Below the pieces are notes generated by a model. That model made no database searches. It was not told the origin of the DNA and saw only the letters and a list, made by a program, of their open reading frames with translations. From NCBI GenBank assembly GCA_963836185.1, contig CAWIIQ010000001.1:640001-704000 (forward strand): DNA of 64,000 bases, given 5' to 3'. Positions 39,779 through 50,469 of this stretch are shown here, piece by piece. Each line of letters opens with the position of its first letter. Positions within the stretch are counted from its first letter, which is position 1. Source of the stretch: Candidatus Krumholzibacteriia bacterium (GTDB taxonomy: Bacteria; Krumholzibacteriota; Krumholzibacteriia; Krumholzibacteriales; Krumholzibacteriaceae). The position numbers were made by a program, and so were the translations under genes.

Positions 39779-40762
39779 TCAGACCACCGTTACGACGCCG
39801 CTCTCCAGGGATATCTCCCTCGAGATCGAGGTAACCGCAAGGCCGCCTATCCGTGCTGAACCCTCGTGCATAGTCGATTCATCGACTTCTACAAGGATGC
39901 GCGCCAGGTTGCTGCTGTCGTTGCCCTGCTCCATGATCATCTCTCCCGATGTGACGATGCCGTGACGGAGAAGGTAGTTGCCCAGGCCCGCAGCAGCTGT
40001 CCCGGTACCCGGATCCTCCCACATCCCGACGGCTGGAGCGAAATGCCTCGAATACGAAACGCAGTCCTCGTTGAAGGCGTCGGTAGAGAATATGTGATTC
40101 GTATGTATTCCGTCCTTCTTGTTCGACAGGCCCAGCTTGATCAGGTCGGGATTGAGATCGAGGATGGTCTCCTTGTTTTTTACAGGAACCATCAGCTGGT
40201 TGAGTCCTGTCGATATTATCTCCATCGGCAGCCCAGTACCGCTTATCTCCGATGGATCGATGCCAAGTATGCCCGCGATCTCAGCGACTGGTATGCTGGC
40301 GGGTGAATGATCCTTGATCGACTGATGCATCATTATCCTGTGAAGTTCACCGCAGGCCAGGCCGTTTCTCAGGGCCACACGGTCGCTCCCTGTTTCGGGA
40401 GAGTCGGTGCTGTAGAATATGAGGTCGATGGCTATGTTGCCGGCGTTGGTTTCCATGTTGACGGTAGTCACACCGTCATGGACCTGTATACGGCCGTCCT
40501 CGAGAAGCGCCCAGGTGGCGGCGATCAGGACGTGGCCGCTCAGATCCACTTCTTCGCTCGGAGTGAAGAACCTTACCCTGAAATCCGTGTCTAGAGATTC
40601 GGGCATGGTGACGATTGCCGTCTCGGAGAGATTCATCTCGCCGGCGATCTTCATCATCTCACCGGAATGCAGACCATCCCCGTTAGTGATGATTCCGGCT
40701 GGATTTCCGCCGAATGGATGTGTTGTAAAAGCATCCACCTGCTTGACGATCAGGTTCCTCAT
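39779..40762 (-). CDS. PhzF-family protein, divergent paralogue A
   Basis: QVDAF..PFGGNPA, MNLSET, RFFTP.EEVDLSGH, SRHFAPAVGMWEDPGTG, MEQG. Confidence 0.88.
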   Translation of the reverse strand: MRNLIVKQVDAFTTHPFGGNPAGIITNGDGLHSGEMMKIAGEMNLSETAIVTMPESLDTDFRVRFFTPSEEVDLSGHVLIAATWALLEDGRIQVHDGVTTVNMETNAGNIAIDLIFYSTDSPETGSDRVALRNGLACGELHRIMMHQSIKDHSPASIPVAEIAGILGIDPSEISGTGLPMEIISTGLNQLMVPVKNKETILDLNPDLIKLGLSNKKDGIHTNHIFSTDAFNEDCVSYSRHFAPAVGMWEDPGTGTAAAGLGNYLLRHGIVTSGEMIMEQGNDSSNLARILVEVDESTMHEGSARIGGLAVTSISREISLESGVVTVV

Positions 40763-40973
40763 TGTCGCTCTCCTTTGACGCTCCAGTTGCAAAAAGCAAT
40801 AAACAGGTGCACTTTCTCGCGTCGTACCCCGTCCTGTATCCCCATTCCCGATAGGTCCCTGTCGTTCCTGAAACGTCATAAACCCATGAAACCAGGCAGA
40901 TTACGACATATTATGCGCAGGCTGGGCGTACGAGTTGTAATTCCCGCCCGGTCAAGCGCTGTTCGTCTGCTTG

Positions 40974-40989
40974 TGGTATGGCAATTGCA
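40974..40989 (+). promoter_or_regulatory. sigma54 -24/-12 promoter upstream of che operon
   Basis: TGGTATGGCAATTGCA: GG-N10-GC with TGG and TTGCA consensus. Confidence 0.6.
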
Positions 40990-41154
40990 GTTCCGGTTTC
41001 CGGCAGCAGCCCCCGATTTTTAGGGGCAGTACAGTGCATAAGAGTAAAAACAACAGGGCGACACGAGTCTCAGGGGCAATATGTCCCGGGGGTGAGAGCC
41101 GCCCGATGATTTTCATCTTGACCGGGCGGTCATCACCGCCTGTGCGGGAGGCGG

Positions 41155-41991
41155 ATGGCCCACCAGACGGATGTGCTCGATCTGAGCGAACTCGCCTGGC
41201 TCGTCAAGAGCAGGTGCGGGGTCGATCTTTCACGTTACAGGGCGACGACCCTGAACAGAAGGGTTCTGCACAGGATGGCGATGACGGGGTGCGGGGATAT
41301 CGAAGAGTATCTAGGCCGCCTGACAGCCGATCACGACGAGATGGAAAAGCTGATGGATATCGTCACGATACATGTGACCGAATTCTTCAGGGATCGAGAC
41401 GTCTTCAAGTCGCTGGAGCGAGGATATGTTCCTGCGCTTGTCAACGAGAAGACAGGCGCCGGGCACGGAGTCTTCCGGGCCTGGAGCGCGGGATGCTCCA
41501 CCGGGGAGGAAGCGTACAGCATGGCCGTGATAATCGATCGTGCCGTAAGAAATGTCTCGCCAAACACTCATATAGAGGTGTTCGGAACAGATGTTTCGGA
41601 GGATTCATGCAGGACGGCCAGGAAGGGCGTCTACTGCGGTGAGAAACTCGAGTCGATCCCGGCCGATATCAAGGATGTCTATTTCGAGAACGAAGGTCGG
41701 TGCCGGAAGGTCACTTCGAGACTGAGATCGCTTGTTAAATTCTCGTCTCACGACCTCTTTACGGATTCGCCGTATTCACATCTCGATCTGATCATGTGCA
41801 GGAACGTGATGATCCACTTCGAGCATGAAGTGAGGGATGAAGTAATCGGAAATTTTCATAAGTCGCTCCAGGACCGCGGCCTGCTTGTCCTGGGCAAGAG
41901 CGAGGCGCTGGCCGGCCCGCTCGAGGACCTCTTCGAGCTGGTGGAGCCGAGATGCAAGATATACAGGAAAATAGTACAGCAAGACCATTAG
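41155..41991 (+). CDS. cheR: chemotaxis methyltransferase CheR
   Basis: [30 protein letters not shown]. Confidence 0.93.
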   Translation: MAHQTDVLDLSELAWLVKSRCGVDLSRYRATTLNRRVLHRMAMTGCGDIEEYLGRLTADHDEMEKLMDIVTIHVTEFFRDRDVFKSLERGYVPALVNEKTGAGHGVFRAWSAGCSTGEEAYSMAVIIDRAVRNVSPNTHIEVFGTDVSEDSCRTARKGVYCGEKLESIPADIKDVYFENEGRCRKVTSRLRSLVKFSSHDLFTDSPYSHLDLIMCRNVMIHFEHEVRDEVIGNFHKSLQDRGLLVLGKSEALAGPLEDLFELVEPRCKIYRKIVQQDH

Positions 41992-42004
41992 AGGGAGGAT
42001 TGAG

Positions 42005-43639
42005 ATGAAGGACATCGGATTCGGGAAGACCCTTTCCGGCAGGGTGTTTTTATCGATGGCGCTTATCGCGTTCTGCATGTGCGCTTTCTCGACATTCATG
42101 CTGGCGAAGCTCTCAAGCAGCGCCGTTGACGACGCAGTCAGGCAGAGAGACAACGACTGGGCTGCGTTTATGCCCGCCGCAATCGGTTCCGTGACAGGCG
42201 AGGAAAGCCAGCAGGATCTTGCCGCGCTCCTTAACGAGCTGCAGCAGGACTATTCCTTCGTAAAGAAGATCGAGATAATAAATGGCGATGGAACTGTCGC
42301 GATGTCTTCTTCCGAGATAGTCGAGGGTGAGGCCGCTGAAGATCAGGAAGCAGCCGGAAGCTTCAGCGCTCCCGTAGAAAACGGTTCGGGCCGCTCGATC
42401 AGGGTCACTGTCGCCCCCGTGGAAAAGTATGTTGCCAGCGGACTTCGCTGGAAGATCTTCGGCGTCATAGCCGGCACCCTTCTCGGTATATTCGGGATCT
42501 TCTATTACCTCGTACACATGGTCGTGAAGAAGCCGGTCCGCCAGCTTCTCTCGGCGAGCAGGATCCTGGCGAGCAACGCCGGGGACCTGACCACGAAGAT
42601 AGACATAGGGTCGAACGACGAGCTGGGAAGACTCGGCACGACACTCAACGATATGTTCACCAATATCGCGGGGATCATAAATGTCATCAGGTCCACAGCA
42701 GACAAGGTCAACTTCTCGGCGCAGAGCCTTTCGGCCTCGACCGAGGAGATGAACTCGATCACCGAAGAGACATCCCTGACTGTCCAGAACATCGCCAAGT
42801 CTACCGATCTGCAGGCACACAAGGTAGACGAGATGATCAAGGAGATCAGGAACATGGAGCGGTCGGTCAAGCAGGTCGCCAACAGCGCCGAACTTGCCGC
42901 GTCCGCCGCCACAAACGCTTCCGAGACAGCCACCAGGGGCGGAGACGCCGCCAAGGAAGCTGTCGAGAAGATCAATACGATCTATGCCGTCACCAACGAG
43001 TCGGCGGGTATCATAAAGCATCTCGGCGAGAGGTCGAACCAGATCGGCGAGATCGTCGATGTCATCACGGACATTGCCGACCAGACCAACATGCTTGCTC
43101 TCAACGCGGCGATCGAGGCCGCCAGGGCCGGCGAGGCGGGCCGCGGGTTCGCCGTCGTAGCTGACGAGGTCAAGAAGCTCGCCGAAGGCAGCGCAAAGGC
43201 AGCCGAGGAGATCGCCACTCTTATCCAGAAGACCCAGGAAGACACGCAGACCGCGGTATCCAGCATCGAGCTCGGCTCGAAGGAGGTCACCGAGGGGCGC
43301 GAGGTCATCACTAGAACGGGTGAGTCTCTCGACGAGATCGTCGAGGTGTTGAAGAGCTCGAGTGATATGGCGAGGCGCATCTCGGCAGCGACCAAGGAAC
43401 TGAGCCGGGGGATGCATAACGTGATCGATTCGATCGATGAGATCTCATCTAGCGCGGAGAAGAATGCGTCCTCGACGCAGGAGACAGCCGCGTCGATGGA
43501 GCAGATGACATCGAGCATGGAAGATGTGGCCTCTTCCGCGCAGAAGTTAAGTGACATGGCCATCCAGCTTCGCGAGCACGTCGGGCGCTTCAAGATCAGC
43601 GTTATCGACCAGGTCGACGAAGTGGTGAACGCGAACTGA
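42005..43639 (+). CDS. methyl-accepting chemotaxis protein (2 TM, small sensor, HAMP)
   Basis: [37 protein letters not shown]. Confidence 0.95.
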   Translation: MKDIGFGKTLSGRVFLSMALIAFCMCAFSTFMLAKLSSSAVDDAVRQRDNDWAAFMPAAIGSVTGEESQQDLAALLNELQQDYSFVKKIEIINGDGTVAMSSSEIVEGEAAEDQEAAGSFSAPVENGSGRSIRVTVAPVEKYVASGLRWKIFGVIAGTLLGIFGIFYYLVHMVVKKPVRQLLSASRILASNAGDLTTKIDIGSNDELGRLGTTLNDMFTNIAGIINVIRSTADKVNFSAQSLSASTEEMNSITEETSLTVQNIAKSTDLQAHKVDEMIKEIRNMERSVKQVANSAELAASAATNASETATRGGDAAKEAVEKINTIYAVTNESAGIIKHLGERSNQIGEIVDVITDIADQTNMLALNAAIEAARAGEAGRGFAVVADEVKKLAEGSAKAAEEIATLIQKTQEDTQTAVSSIELGSKEVTEGREVITRTGESLDEIVEVLKSSSDMARRISAATKELSRGMHNVIDSIDEISSSAEKNASSTQETAASMEQMTSSMEDVASSAQKLSDMAIQLREHVGRFKISVIDQVDEVVNAN

Positions 43640-43671
43640 CCGTTCGGTCACCACGGAAGGAGCGCAGATAG

Positions 43672-44163
43672 ATGAGCAACGATAGATATGACCAGAACAA
43701 CACGACACTGACGCAGCTCGTCACGTTCCGTCTCGGCCGTGAGCACTACGGGATCCCCGTAGGCAAGGTCAAGGAGATCATCAGGCCGATGGAGGCCTGT
43801 CCTATCCCGGGGATGGCAGGGCCCGTCGAGGGAGTCATCAATCTCAGGGGCGAAATCATCCCCGTATTGAGGATACATATCGTCCTGGGATCGAGGGAGA
43901 CGGAAGATAACAGCGGCCGGAAGCAGCGTGTGATCATTCTCGAATCAGGCGAGGGCCGGTTCGGGATAGTCGTAGACGAGGTCCGTGACGTCGTAAAGAT
44001 CGAGGATGAGAATATAAAGTCCTCGCCGGGCGTCAGTTCGGATCACAAGTGCGAGGAAGCGATACTGGGTATAGCACAGGTCGGCGACAGGATGATCATC
44101 TGTCTCGATCCCGGAAAGCTCGTCTCGGAATCGCTCGATATAGAGAATCTGGCCACGGTATAG
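43672..44163 (+). CDS. cheW: CheW coupling protein
   Basis: LVTFRLG.E.YGI, GVINLRGEIIPV, GIVVDEV. Confidence 0.93.
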   Translation: MSNDRYDQNNTTLTQLVTFRLGREHYGIPVGKVKEIIRPMEACPIPGMAGPVEGVINLRGEIIPVLRIHIVLGSRETEDNSGRKQRVIILESGEGRFGIVVDEVRDVVKIEDENIKSSPGVSSDHKCEEAILGIAQVGDRMIICLDPGKLVSESLDIENLATV

Positions 44164-44197
44164 AGGAGGACTGATCCGGTTTCCGGATTTACTTCAT

Positions 44198-44704
44198 ATG
44201 ATCGGCAGCAGAGGAACAGGAACACTTATAAAGGTCGGGATGGCGCAGTTCAAAGTGGCGACGGCACCGGCCAGGATGATGACTTTCGCCCTGGGATCGT
44301 GCGTAGGCATAGTGCTCTACGACCCGGTCTCGAAGATAGGAGGGCTCGCTCACGTTATGCATCCGAGCAGCGAGAGGGTCCAGAACAATGTCAACAGGGC
44401 AAAGTTTGTTGATACCGCGGTCGAGCTGATGCTCTCGAGGATGGCGAAGAAGGGCGCCAATCGGAGCAGGATCGAGGCGAAGATATTCGGAGGCGCGAAG
44501 ATGTTCCAGTCGATTAGTGCCAGCCCCGGAGTGATGCAGATCGGTGAGGAGAATGTGAAGGCGACAAAGGCGGAGCTGGCAGGCAGGAACATTCCGGTCG
44601 TTGCGGAATCGACCGGAGGAGAAAAGGGAAGATCAGTGTTCTTTGATGTCGCGAGTGGAAGGGTGACAGTCAAGGACGCGCAGGGGAAACAGGAGAAATT
44701 CTGA
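44198..44704 (+). CDS. cheD: chemoreceptor glutamine deamidase CheD
   Basis: LGSCVGIVLYD, GGLAH, AKIFGGA, IGEEN. Confidence 0.93.
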   Translation: MIGSRGTGTLIKVGMAQFKVATAPARMMTFALGSCVGIVLYDPVSKIGGLAHVMHPSSERVQNNVNRAKFVDTAVELMLSRMAKKGANRSRIEAKIFGGAKMFQSISASPGVMQIGEENVKATKAELAGRNIPVVAESTGGEKGRSVFFDVASGRVTVKDAQGKQEKF

Positions 44705-45801
44705 TGGCAGTTGAAGAGAAAGACGCGGCGAAGGGGAACATCAAGGTGCTGGTAGGCGAGGATTCCGCCTTCATGCGCCGGGTGATCGCCGACTCTCTCG
44801 ATGCGGAACCCGGGATAGAAGTGATAGGGACGGCGGCCAATGGTCGTGAGGTTCTCAGGAAACTCGTCGATCTGAGGCCGGATGTCATAACTCTCGACCT
44901 GGAGATGCCGAGAATGGATGGTCTGGAGACGCTGAGATTCATCATGAGCGAGTGGCCGACACCCGTAGTGATACTCAGCGGACACACGGCGGAAGGCGCG
45001 AGGATGGCTCTTACGTGTCTCGAGTACGGCGCGGTAGATTTCGTGTCGAAGACCTTCAAGGGGATGCGGTTCCCGGTCAGGGAACTCGTTTCGAAGGTCA
45101 AGCTCGCCGCGACCGTCGACGCTGAAAAGGTACGTTTCGCACCGGTGGAATTCGATCTCAAGGCAAAGATCAGGCCGTCGCGCAAGTCCAGGACCGAATG
45201 CGTGGTCTGCATCGGAGCGAGCACGGGAGGGCCGCAGGCGTTGGGAGAGATCATTCCCAGGCTGCCGGCAGACCTGCCGGCATCGGTCATGGTCGTCCAG
45301 CATATGCCCTCGAACTTTACCTCCTACCTTGCCGAGAGGCTCGATGCCAGGTCGGCGATGTACGTGATGGAGGCCGAGGAAGGAGAACCGGTCAGGCCGG
45401 GAAGTATCCTGGTGGCACCGGGCGGCAGGCATCTTCTCATGGACGAGAAGGGCGGTCAGCCCGTGACGATGCTTCTGCCCAGGAACGAGAAACAGAGGAC
45501 GGCATGTCCCTCAATAGATTTCGCGCTGACTTCGATAGCGCCGATTTTCAAGAAGAGGCTTATATCGGTCATCCTGACCGGTATGGGCAGGGACGGGGAG
45601 GCAGGTTGTGACGCCGTAAGAAAGTACGGCGGCAGGGTTATCTGCCAGGACCGGGCCACGAGCATGATATTCGGCATGCCCGGCGCGGTCGTATCGGCGG
45701 GGCTTGCCCATGAGGTCCTTCCGGTCCAGGATATCGCGGACCGCATAGTCCGTGAGGTGGAAGAAGCAATAGCGGGAGTAGTGGCAAGTGAAAGTCAGTG
45801 A
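44704..45801 (+). CDS. cheB: CheB methylesterase with receiver domain
   Basis: TLDLEMP, GASTGGP, QHMP, LTGMGRDG, FGMP. Confidence 0.94.
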   Translation: MAVEEKDAAKGNIKVLVGEDSAFMRRVIADSLDAEPGIEVIGTAANGREVLRKLVDLRPDVITLDLEMPRMDGLETLRFIMSEWPTPVVILSGHTAEGARMALTCLEYGAVDFVSKTFKGMRFPVRELVSKVKLAATVDAEKVRFAPVEFDLKAKIRPSRKSRTECVVCIGASTGGPQALGEIIPRLPADLPASVMVVQHMPSNFTSYLAERLDARSAMYVMEAEEGEPVRPGSILVAPGGRHLLMDEKGGQPVTMLLPRNEKQRTACPSIDFALTSIAPIFKKRLISVILTGMGRDGEAGCDAVRKYGGRVICQDRATSMIFGMPGAVVSAGLAHEVLPVQDIADRIVREVEEAIAGVVASESQ

Positions 45802-47539
45802 TTACAAGGCGCTCTATATCAGTGAGGCCGGCGAGATCCTGCAGTCGCTCGAGTCGGGTGTGATGGCCCTCGAGAACGGCGGGGACAGCGTGGCCAATGT
45901 TGAGGAGCTCTTTCGTAACGCGCACAACCTCAAGGGTATGTCCGGCGCGATGGGATACGATCACGTCGTAGAGGCCAGCCATGCCATGGAGAATGTGCTC
46001 GATCGCTGCCGCAAGGGCGAGATGACAGTCCGCCAGGCAGAGGCGGACCTGATGCTCAGGGCCGTCGACATGCTCCGGGAGCTTGTCAGGCTCGCGGTAG
46101 ACGAGGACGAAGTCGATGACACGGATCTGCTTGCCGATTTCTTCGTGCTGCTCTCACCGATGACGACGAGGGTGCTGAATGATAAGCCTGCGGCGGAACA
46201 TCCGCCTGTACCGGAGATCGAAGAGGAAGATATCGAAGACGAGGAAATGACAGAACAGACCGAAGATACAGATATCGATGATCCGGGTGCGCGGGAGGCG
46301 GATTCCGGGATGGCCGCGGAGGAAAAAGCCGTCGATCCGGCGGAGCCTTCTTCGAAGGGCGGGTTCGGAGAGAGGGTGACCTCTACGAGGGTCGATCTCG
46401 AGCGTCTCGATGCACTGATGGATCTCGTCGGCGAGCTGATAATCAGCAGGATCAAGCTGGCGAGCATCGCGGGCAAGATCGGGTCGAAATCACTCGACGA
46501 GGAGCTTTCCTCATCAGGAAGGCTGATCTCTGAGATCCAGAAGGAAGTGATGGAAGCGAGGCTGATCCCGGTAGGCCAGGTCTTCCAGCGATTCAAGAGG
46601 CTCGTGAGAGATTCATCTCTTGCTCTCGAGAAGGGCGCCAGGCTCGATATCGTCGGTGCCGACATAGGTCTCGACAGGACAGTGCTCGAAGCGATGGTCG
46701 ATCCGCTCGTTCATCTTCTCCGGAACGCTGTCGATCACGGGATCGAGTCCCCGGAAGAGAGGATCAGGCTGGGCAAGCCGGAGACCGCCAGGATCGTGCT
46801 CAGCGCCAAGAGAGACAGGAATTTCGTCATCCTGCAGGTCACCGATGACGGCAGGGGAATAGATCTCGAAAAAGTACAGGAAAAGAGACAGATAGAGACA
46901 GATGTTGCTGAAGTAATGGATATAAGTGACGACGAGCTCTGCAAGGTGCTTTCCACACCGGGTTTTTCGACTCGTGAGGAAGTAAGTACCTACTCTGGCA
47001 GGGGAGTCGGCATGAACGTTGCGAAGAAAGCGGTTGACGCGCTCGGAGGATCGATGAAGCTCCACAGCGAACCGGGAATAGGAACGACCGTTTCGCTGCA
47101 GCTTCCGATCAATCTTTCGATAATCAAGGCGCTTCTCTTCGAGGTCGGGGGGGACGTACACGCTCTTCCGGCGGAATATGTATGCGAGACATCGCGCGTC
47201 GAGCGAGATTCATTCAGGACCGTTATGGGACAAGAGGTTATTCAGTACGCCGATGAGGTCGTGCCGATCGTCAAGCCGGACGATCTGTTCGGGATCGAGA
47301 CCTCCGACAGCGGCGCACGATACATAAAGCTGGTTCTCGTCGATACCGGAAACGGAAAGGTCGGTTTGATCACAAGAAGGATACTCGGTCAGCAGGACAT
47401 CGTGATCAAGGGACTGCCTTCGCTGATCCGCGGAGTAAGCGGGATCACTGGAGCGACGATTCTCGGCAGTGGAAGAATAGCATTTATATGGGACCCACGT
47501 TCTCTATTCAAAGGAAGGTGTCTTGATGAGCCCCATTAA
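45788..47539 (+). CDS. cheA: CheA histidine kinase, apparently lacking P2
   Basis: HPt FRNAHNLKG, acidic linker, LDALMDLVGEL, HLLRNAVDHGIE, DDGRG, SGRGVGM, CheW-like P5. Confidence 0.95.
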   Translation: MKVSDYKALYISEAGEILQSLESGVMALENGGDSVANVEELFRNAHNLKGMSGAMGYDHVVEASHAMENVLDRCRKGEMTVRQAEADLMLRAVDMLRELVRLAVDEDEVDDTDLLADFFVLLSPMTTRVLNDKPAAEHPPVPEIEEEDIEDEEMTEQTEDTDIDDPGAREADSGMAAEEKAVDPAEPSSKGGFGERVTSTRVDLERLDALMDLVGELIISRIKLASIAGKIGSKSLDEELSSSGRLISEIQKEVMEARLIPVGQVFQRFKRLVRDSSLALEKGARLDIVGADIGLDRTVLEAMVDPLVHLLRNAVDHGIESPEERIRLGKPETARIVLSAKRDRNFVILQVTDDGRGIDLEKVQEKRQIETDVAEVMDISDDELCKVLSTPGFSTREEVSTYSGRGVGMNVAKKAVDALGGSMKLHSEPGIGTTVSLQLPINLSIIKALLFEVGGDVHALPAEYVCETSRVERDSFRTVMGQEVIQYADEVVPIVKPDDLFGIETSDSGARYIKLVLVDTGNGKVGLITRRILGQQDIVIKGLPSLIRGVSGITGATILGSGRIAFIWDPRSLFKGRCLDEPH

Positions 47540-48143
47540 GAGGCCGTCGTATCTGAGGATCGACGCATTGAAGGAGCTCGGGAACATCGGCTCGGCGCAT
47601 GCCATTACAGGCCTGGCGGAGCTGTTGAGGAAGAGGATCGATGTCTCGATCACGAATGTAGACATCATACCGCTCCAGATCATCTATACGCTGTTTAACG
47701 GGCCGGAATCGATGATCTCGGTCGTTTACCTTGAGGGCTACAGCGAGAATTTCCGGGGCATGATGTTTCTGTTGTTCCCGCATCCCGAGGCGGAAAAGAT
47801 GGTAGAGATGGCAACGGGCGAGCAGGTCGAGGGGCCGAATATTACCGATGAGTACGCTCTCTCCACTCTCAAGGAGATCGGTAATATCATGTGCGGCTGT
47901 TACCTGAACATCTTCTCTTCATTTATCGGAAAGAAGATTATGCATTCCGTCCCCCAGGTCTCGTACGACATGCTCGGCGCAGTGATGGATTCGATCCTCG
48001 TCGACCTGAGCCTGGATTCGGATTACGCGATAGTTCTTGAGACGGCGTTTACCCTGACGCAGAACGAATGTAAAGGATTCTTGTTCTTTATACCAACATC
48101 GGACTCGATCGACACGATCTTTGATGCGATCAACGTCGAATAG
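47526..48143 (+). CDS. cheC: CheC phosphatase
   Basis: Two E-x-G-N motifs (DALKELGNI, STLKEIGNI). Confidence 0.92.
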   Translation: MSPIKRPSYLRIDALKELGNIGSAHAITGLAELLRKRIDVSITNVDIIPLQIIYTLFNGPESMISVVYLEGYSENFRGMMFLLFPHPEAEKMVEMATGEQVEGPNITDEYALSTLKEIGNIMCGCYLNIFSSFIGKKIMHSVPQVSYDMLGAVMDSILVDLSLDSDYAIVLETAFTLTQNECKGFLFFIPTSDSIDTIFDAINVE

Positions 48144-48161
48144 ATACGAAAGGAGACAACA

Positions 48162-48539
48162 GTGAAAGCCAGAGTACTGGTAGTAGATGATGCGATCTTC
48201 ATGAGGAAGATGATTTCTGACATTCTCGAGGGGAACGGCATGGAGGTAGTCGGCGAGGCCGACACTGGAGCTCTAGCGGTTGAGAAGTACAAGGAGCTCA
48301 AGCCCGATCTCGTGACGATGGACATCATCATGCCCGAGATGAACGGGATCGACGCGGTGCGCCAGATCATGTCGAACGACTCGCAGGCGAGGATCGTCAT
48401 GTGCAGTGCGCTCGGCCAGCAGGCTCTCGTCCAGGACGCTTTGACGGCCGGGGCGAAAGATTTTCTGATCAAGCCTTTCAATCCTTCTAGAGTGATCGAG
48501 GTGATATCCAAGATTCTCATCCAGGTTCAGAGTGTCTGA
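48162..48539 (+). CDS. cheY: CheY single-domain response regulator
   Basis: VVDDAIFMR, TMDIIMP, SALGQ, IKPF. Confidence 0.93.
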   Translation: MKARVLVVDDAIFMRKMISDILEGNGMEVVGEADTGALAVEKYKELKPDLVTMDIIMPEMNGIDAVRQIMSNDSQARIVMCSALGQQALVQDALTAGAKDFLIKPFNPSRVIEVISKILIQVQSV

Positions 48540-50448
48540 GGGAGGATCGAAAGGACCTGATATGCCCGAAGCTAAAAAACAAGAAAGGGACGTTCTTCTG
48601 GGTTTTGCCGAAAGGGTCGATCGTAATGACCCCGGCGCCTTGAACAACCTCGGTGTGCTCTACTACCGCAAGGGTGTGTATGACGAGGCTATAAAACAGT
48701 TCAAGGAAGCGCTGAAGATCGATCCGAGATTCGAGCTGGCCAGGGAAAACCTCCTCTATCTCTTCTCGGAGACGAAGATGGAGGATCCTGACGTAAGCCG
48801 GTGGAAGAAGGAGGTCGAAGAGGACCCCGCCAACGTGGAGGCCCTTCTGAGGCTCGGCGTGAGCTATCAGAACATGGGCTGGCTCGACCAGGCTGCCGAG
48901 ACGCTGGGCCAGGTCGTCGAGAAGAATCCCGACCATTACATGGCGAGGATCCATTTCGGGTCTGTGTTAAAGGCGCAGGGGCTCTACCAGCAGGCGCTCG
49001 AGCACTTCCTCAGCGCAGCGGATAACGTCAGCAAATCGGCCGTATTTCATACTGATCTCGGTGAGATCTACTACAACCTCGGAAGGACCGATGAAGCGAT
49101 AATCGAGCTGAGGACAGCTATCAAGCTCGATGCCGACTACTGGCGCTCGCACTTCCTGCTGTCGTTCGCGTTCGGCGACATAGGCCACTACCAGGAAGCC
49201 CTGGAGGAGAGCCGAGTCGCATCGAAGCTCAATCCGTCGTTTCAGAATACTGAAGCCAACCTGGCGCTTTCTGATGACAGCGCGGAGGGTGTGAGGAATA
49301 CGGGACAGGAGATTCCCAGCCTGGAGAGCACGGCATTCACGCTCGGCACTGCCTACAGGGAACGCGGCTACCTCAAGGAAGCTCTTAAGGAATTCCGCAA
49401 GGCCCTGCAGGACATGCAGGAGAAAGACCGCGTCTATATCGAGATGGGCAAGGTCCACATCGCGGAGAAGGACGGGGTCGAGGCCCTCGCGTTCCTGCTC
49501 AAAGCGCTCGAGGATAATCCCGATAATCCGGAGGCGTACCTGCTGTGCGGGACGATCTACCATGAGGCGGGAGAGTTCAGGAAAGCTGCGATCTGCTACC
49601 TTCAGGCTTTCAGGCTCAATACGGCCAATGCCGATACGATGAATAACCTGGGGACCCTGCTGTATCAGACCGGTCTCGTTGAGGAAGCGGAGAGGATGTT
49701 CAAGAAAGGTCTGAACATCAACCTCTACAACCTCGAACTCAACTACAACTACCTCACTACTATCCTGTTCCGCGAGGAATACCCTATGGCCGAGAACCTG
49801 CTTCAGAGGCTCGAAGCCTTCACGGGAAAGAGCGCGATACTCTATGAAAAGAGAGCTCTGCTTCATTACAAGCTCAACAGGATGACCCTGGCCCTGTTCG
49901 ATATCGAGAGTGCCCTGGCCTGCGACAAGCATCATGCAGACGCTCACTATCTCAAGGGATTGATCTGCCTGAGGGAAGACAATTTCAAGGGAACGATCGA
50001 GAGCATACTCGAGGGGGCTGCGATCTATCCGGAGTACACGGGGATGCATTTCCTGCTCTCTCACGGGGAACAGGTGATGGCTGATTCCGTCCGAGTCGAC
50101 TCGAAGCTCGGAGACGAGCCCGACGACGAGCTCATAGAACTGCTTCAGGCCGGCGTGAATCGAAGGTTCGACAAGATACGTGAGAGCCTCGAATCATTTG
50201 TGGCCGACGGGAAGAAGGACCTGGAGAGGATGAGAAGCAGACCGGCTAAGAAGAAGGCCATTCCCGGGGCAGAGAAACCGGCAGAGGTGGAAGGTAAGGC
50301 CGTGGAGCCGGCTGCCGTCGAAGAAGTTCCTGAAGTTGAAAAGAAGACGGCTGGGTCGAAGAAGTCCGGCGTAAAGAAAATAGAAGAGATGTCCGACGAA
50401 GACGACGAATCCGTTGATCTTCTCGAGGACCTCAAGATCGATCTGTAG
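48532..50448 (+). CDS. large TPR-repeat protein
   Basis: Many repeats of ALNNLGVLYY/A...LG..Y type; low-complexity charged tail. Confidence 0.88.
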   Translation: MSEGGSKGPDMPEAKKQERDVLLGFAERVDRNDPGALNNLGVLYYRKGVYDEAIKQFKEALKIDPRFELARENLLYLFSETKMEDPDVSRWKKEVEEDPANVEALLRLGVSYQNMGWLDQAAETLGQVVEKNPDHYMARIHFGSVLKAQGLYQQALEHFLSAADNVSKSAVFHTDLGEIYYNLGRTDEAIIELRTAIKLDADYWRSHFLLSFAFGDIGHYQEALEESRVASKLNPSFQNTEANLALSDDSAEGVRNTGQEIPSLESTAFTLGTAYRERGYLKEALKEFRKALQDMQEKDRVYIEMGKVHIAEKDGVEALAFLLKALEDNPDNPEAYLLCGTIYHEAGEFRKAAICYLQAFRLNTANADTMNNLGTLLYQTGLVEEAERMFKKGLNINLYNLELNYNYLTTILFREEYPMAENLLQRLEAFTGKSAILYEKRALLHYKLNRMTLALFDIESALACDKHHADAHYLKGLICLREDNFKGTIESILEGAAIYPEYTGMHFLLSHGEQVMADSVRVDSKLGDEPDDELIELLQAGVNRRFDKIRESLESFVADGKKDLERMRSRPAKKKAIPGAEKPAEVEGKAVEPAAVEEVPEVEKKTAGSKKSGVKKIEEMSDEDDESVDLLEDLKIDL

Positions 50449-50469
50449 AAGCTGAAAGGAAAAGGGACA

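Noticed and set aside
42113-43417. Long antisense ORFs here and elsewhere (e.g. 22709-24079, 58141-59478, 36708-37985)
   Set aside because: Shadow frames of well-supported genes in GC-rich DNA, with no recognisable motifs
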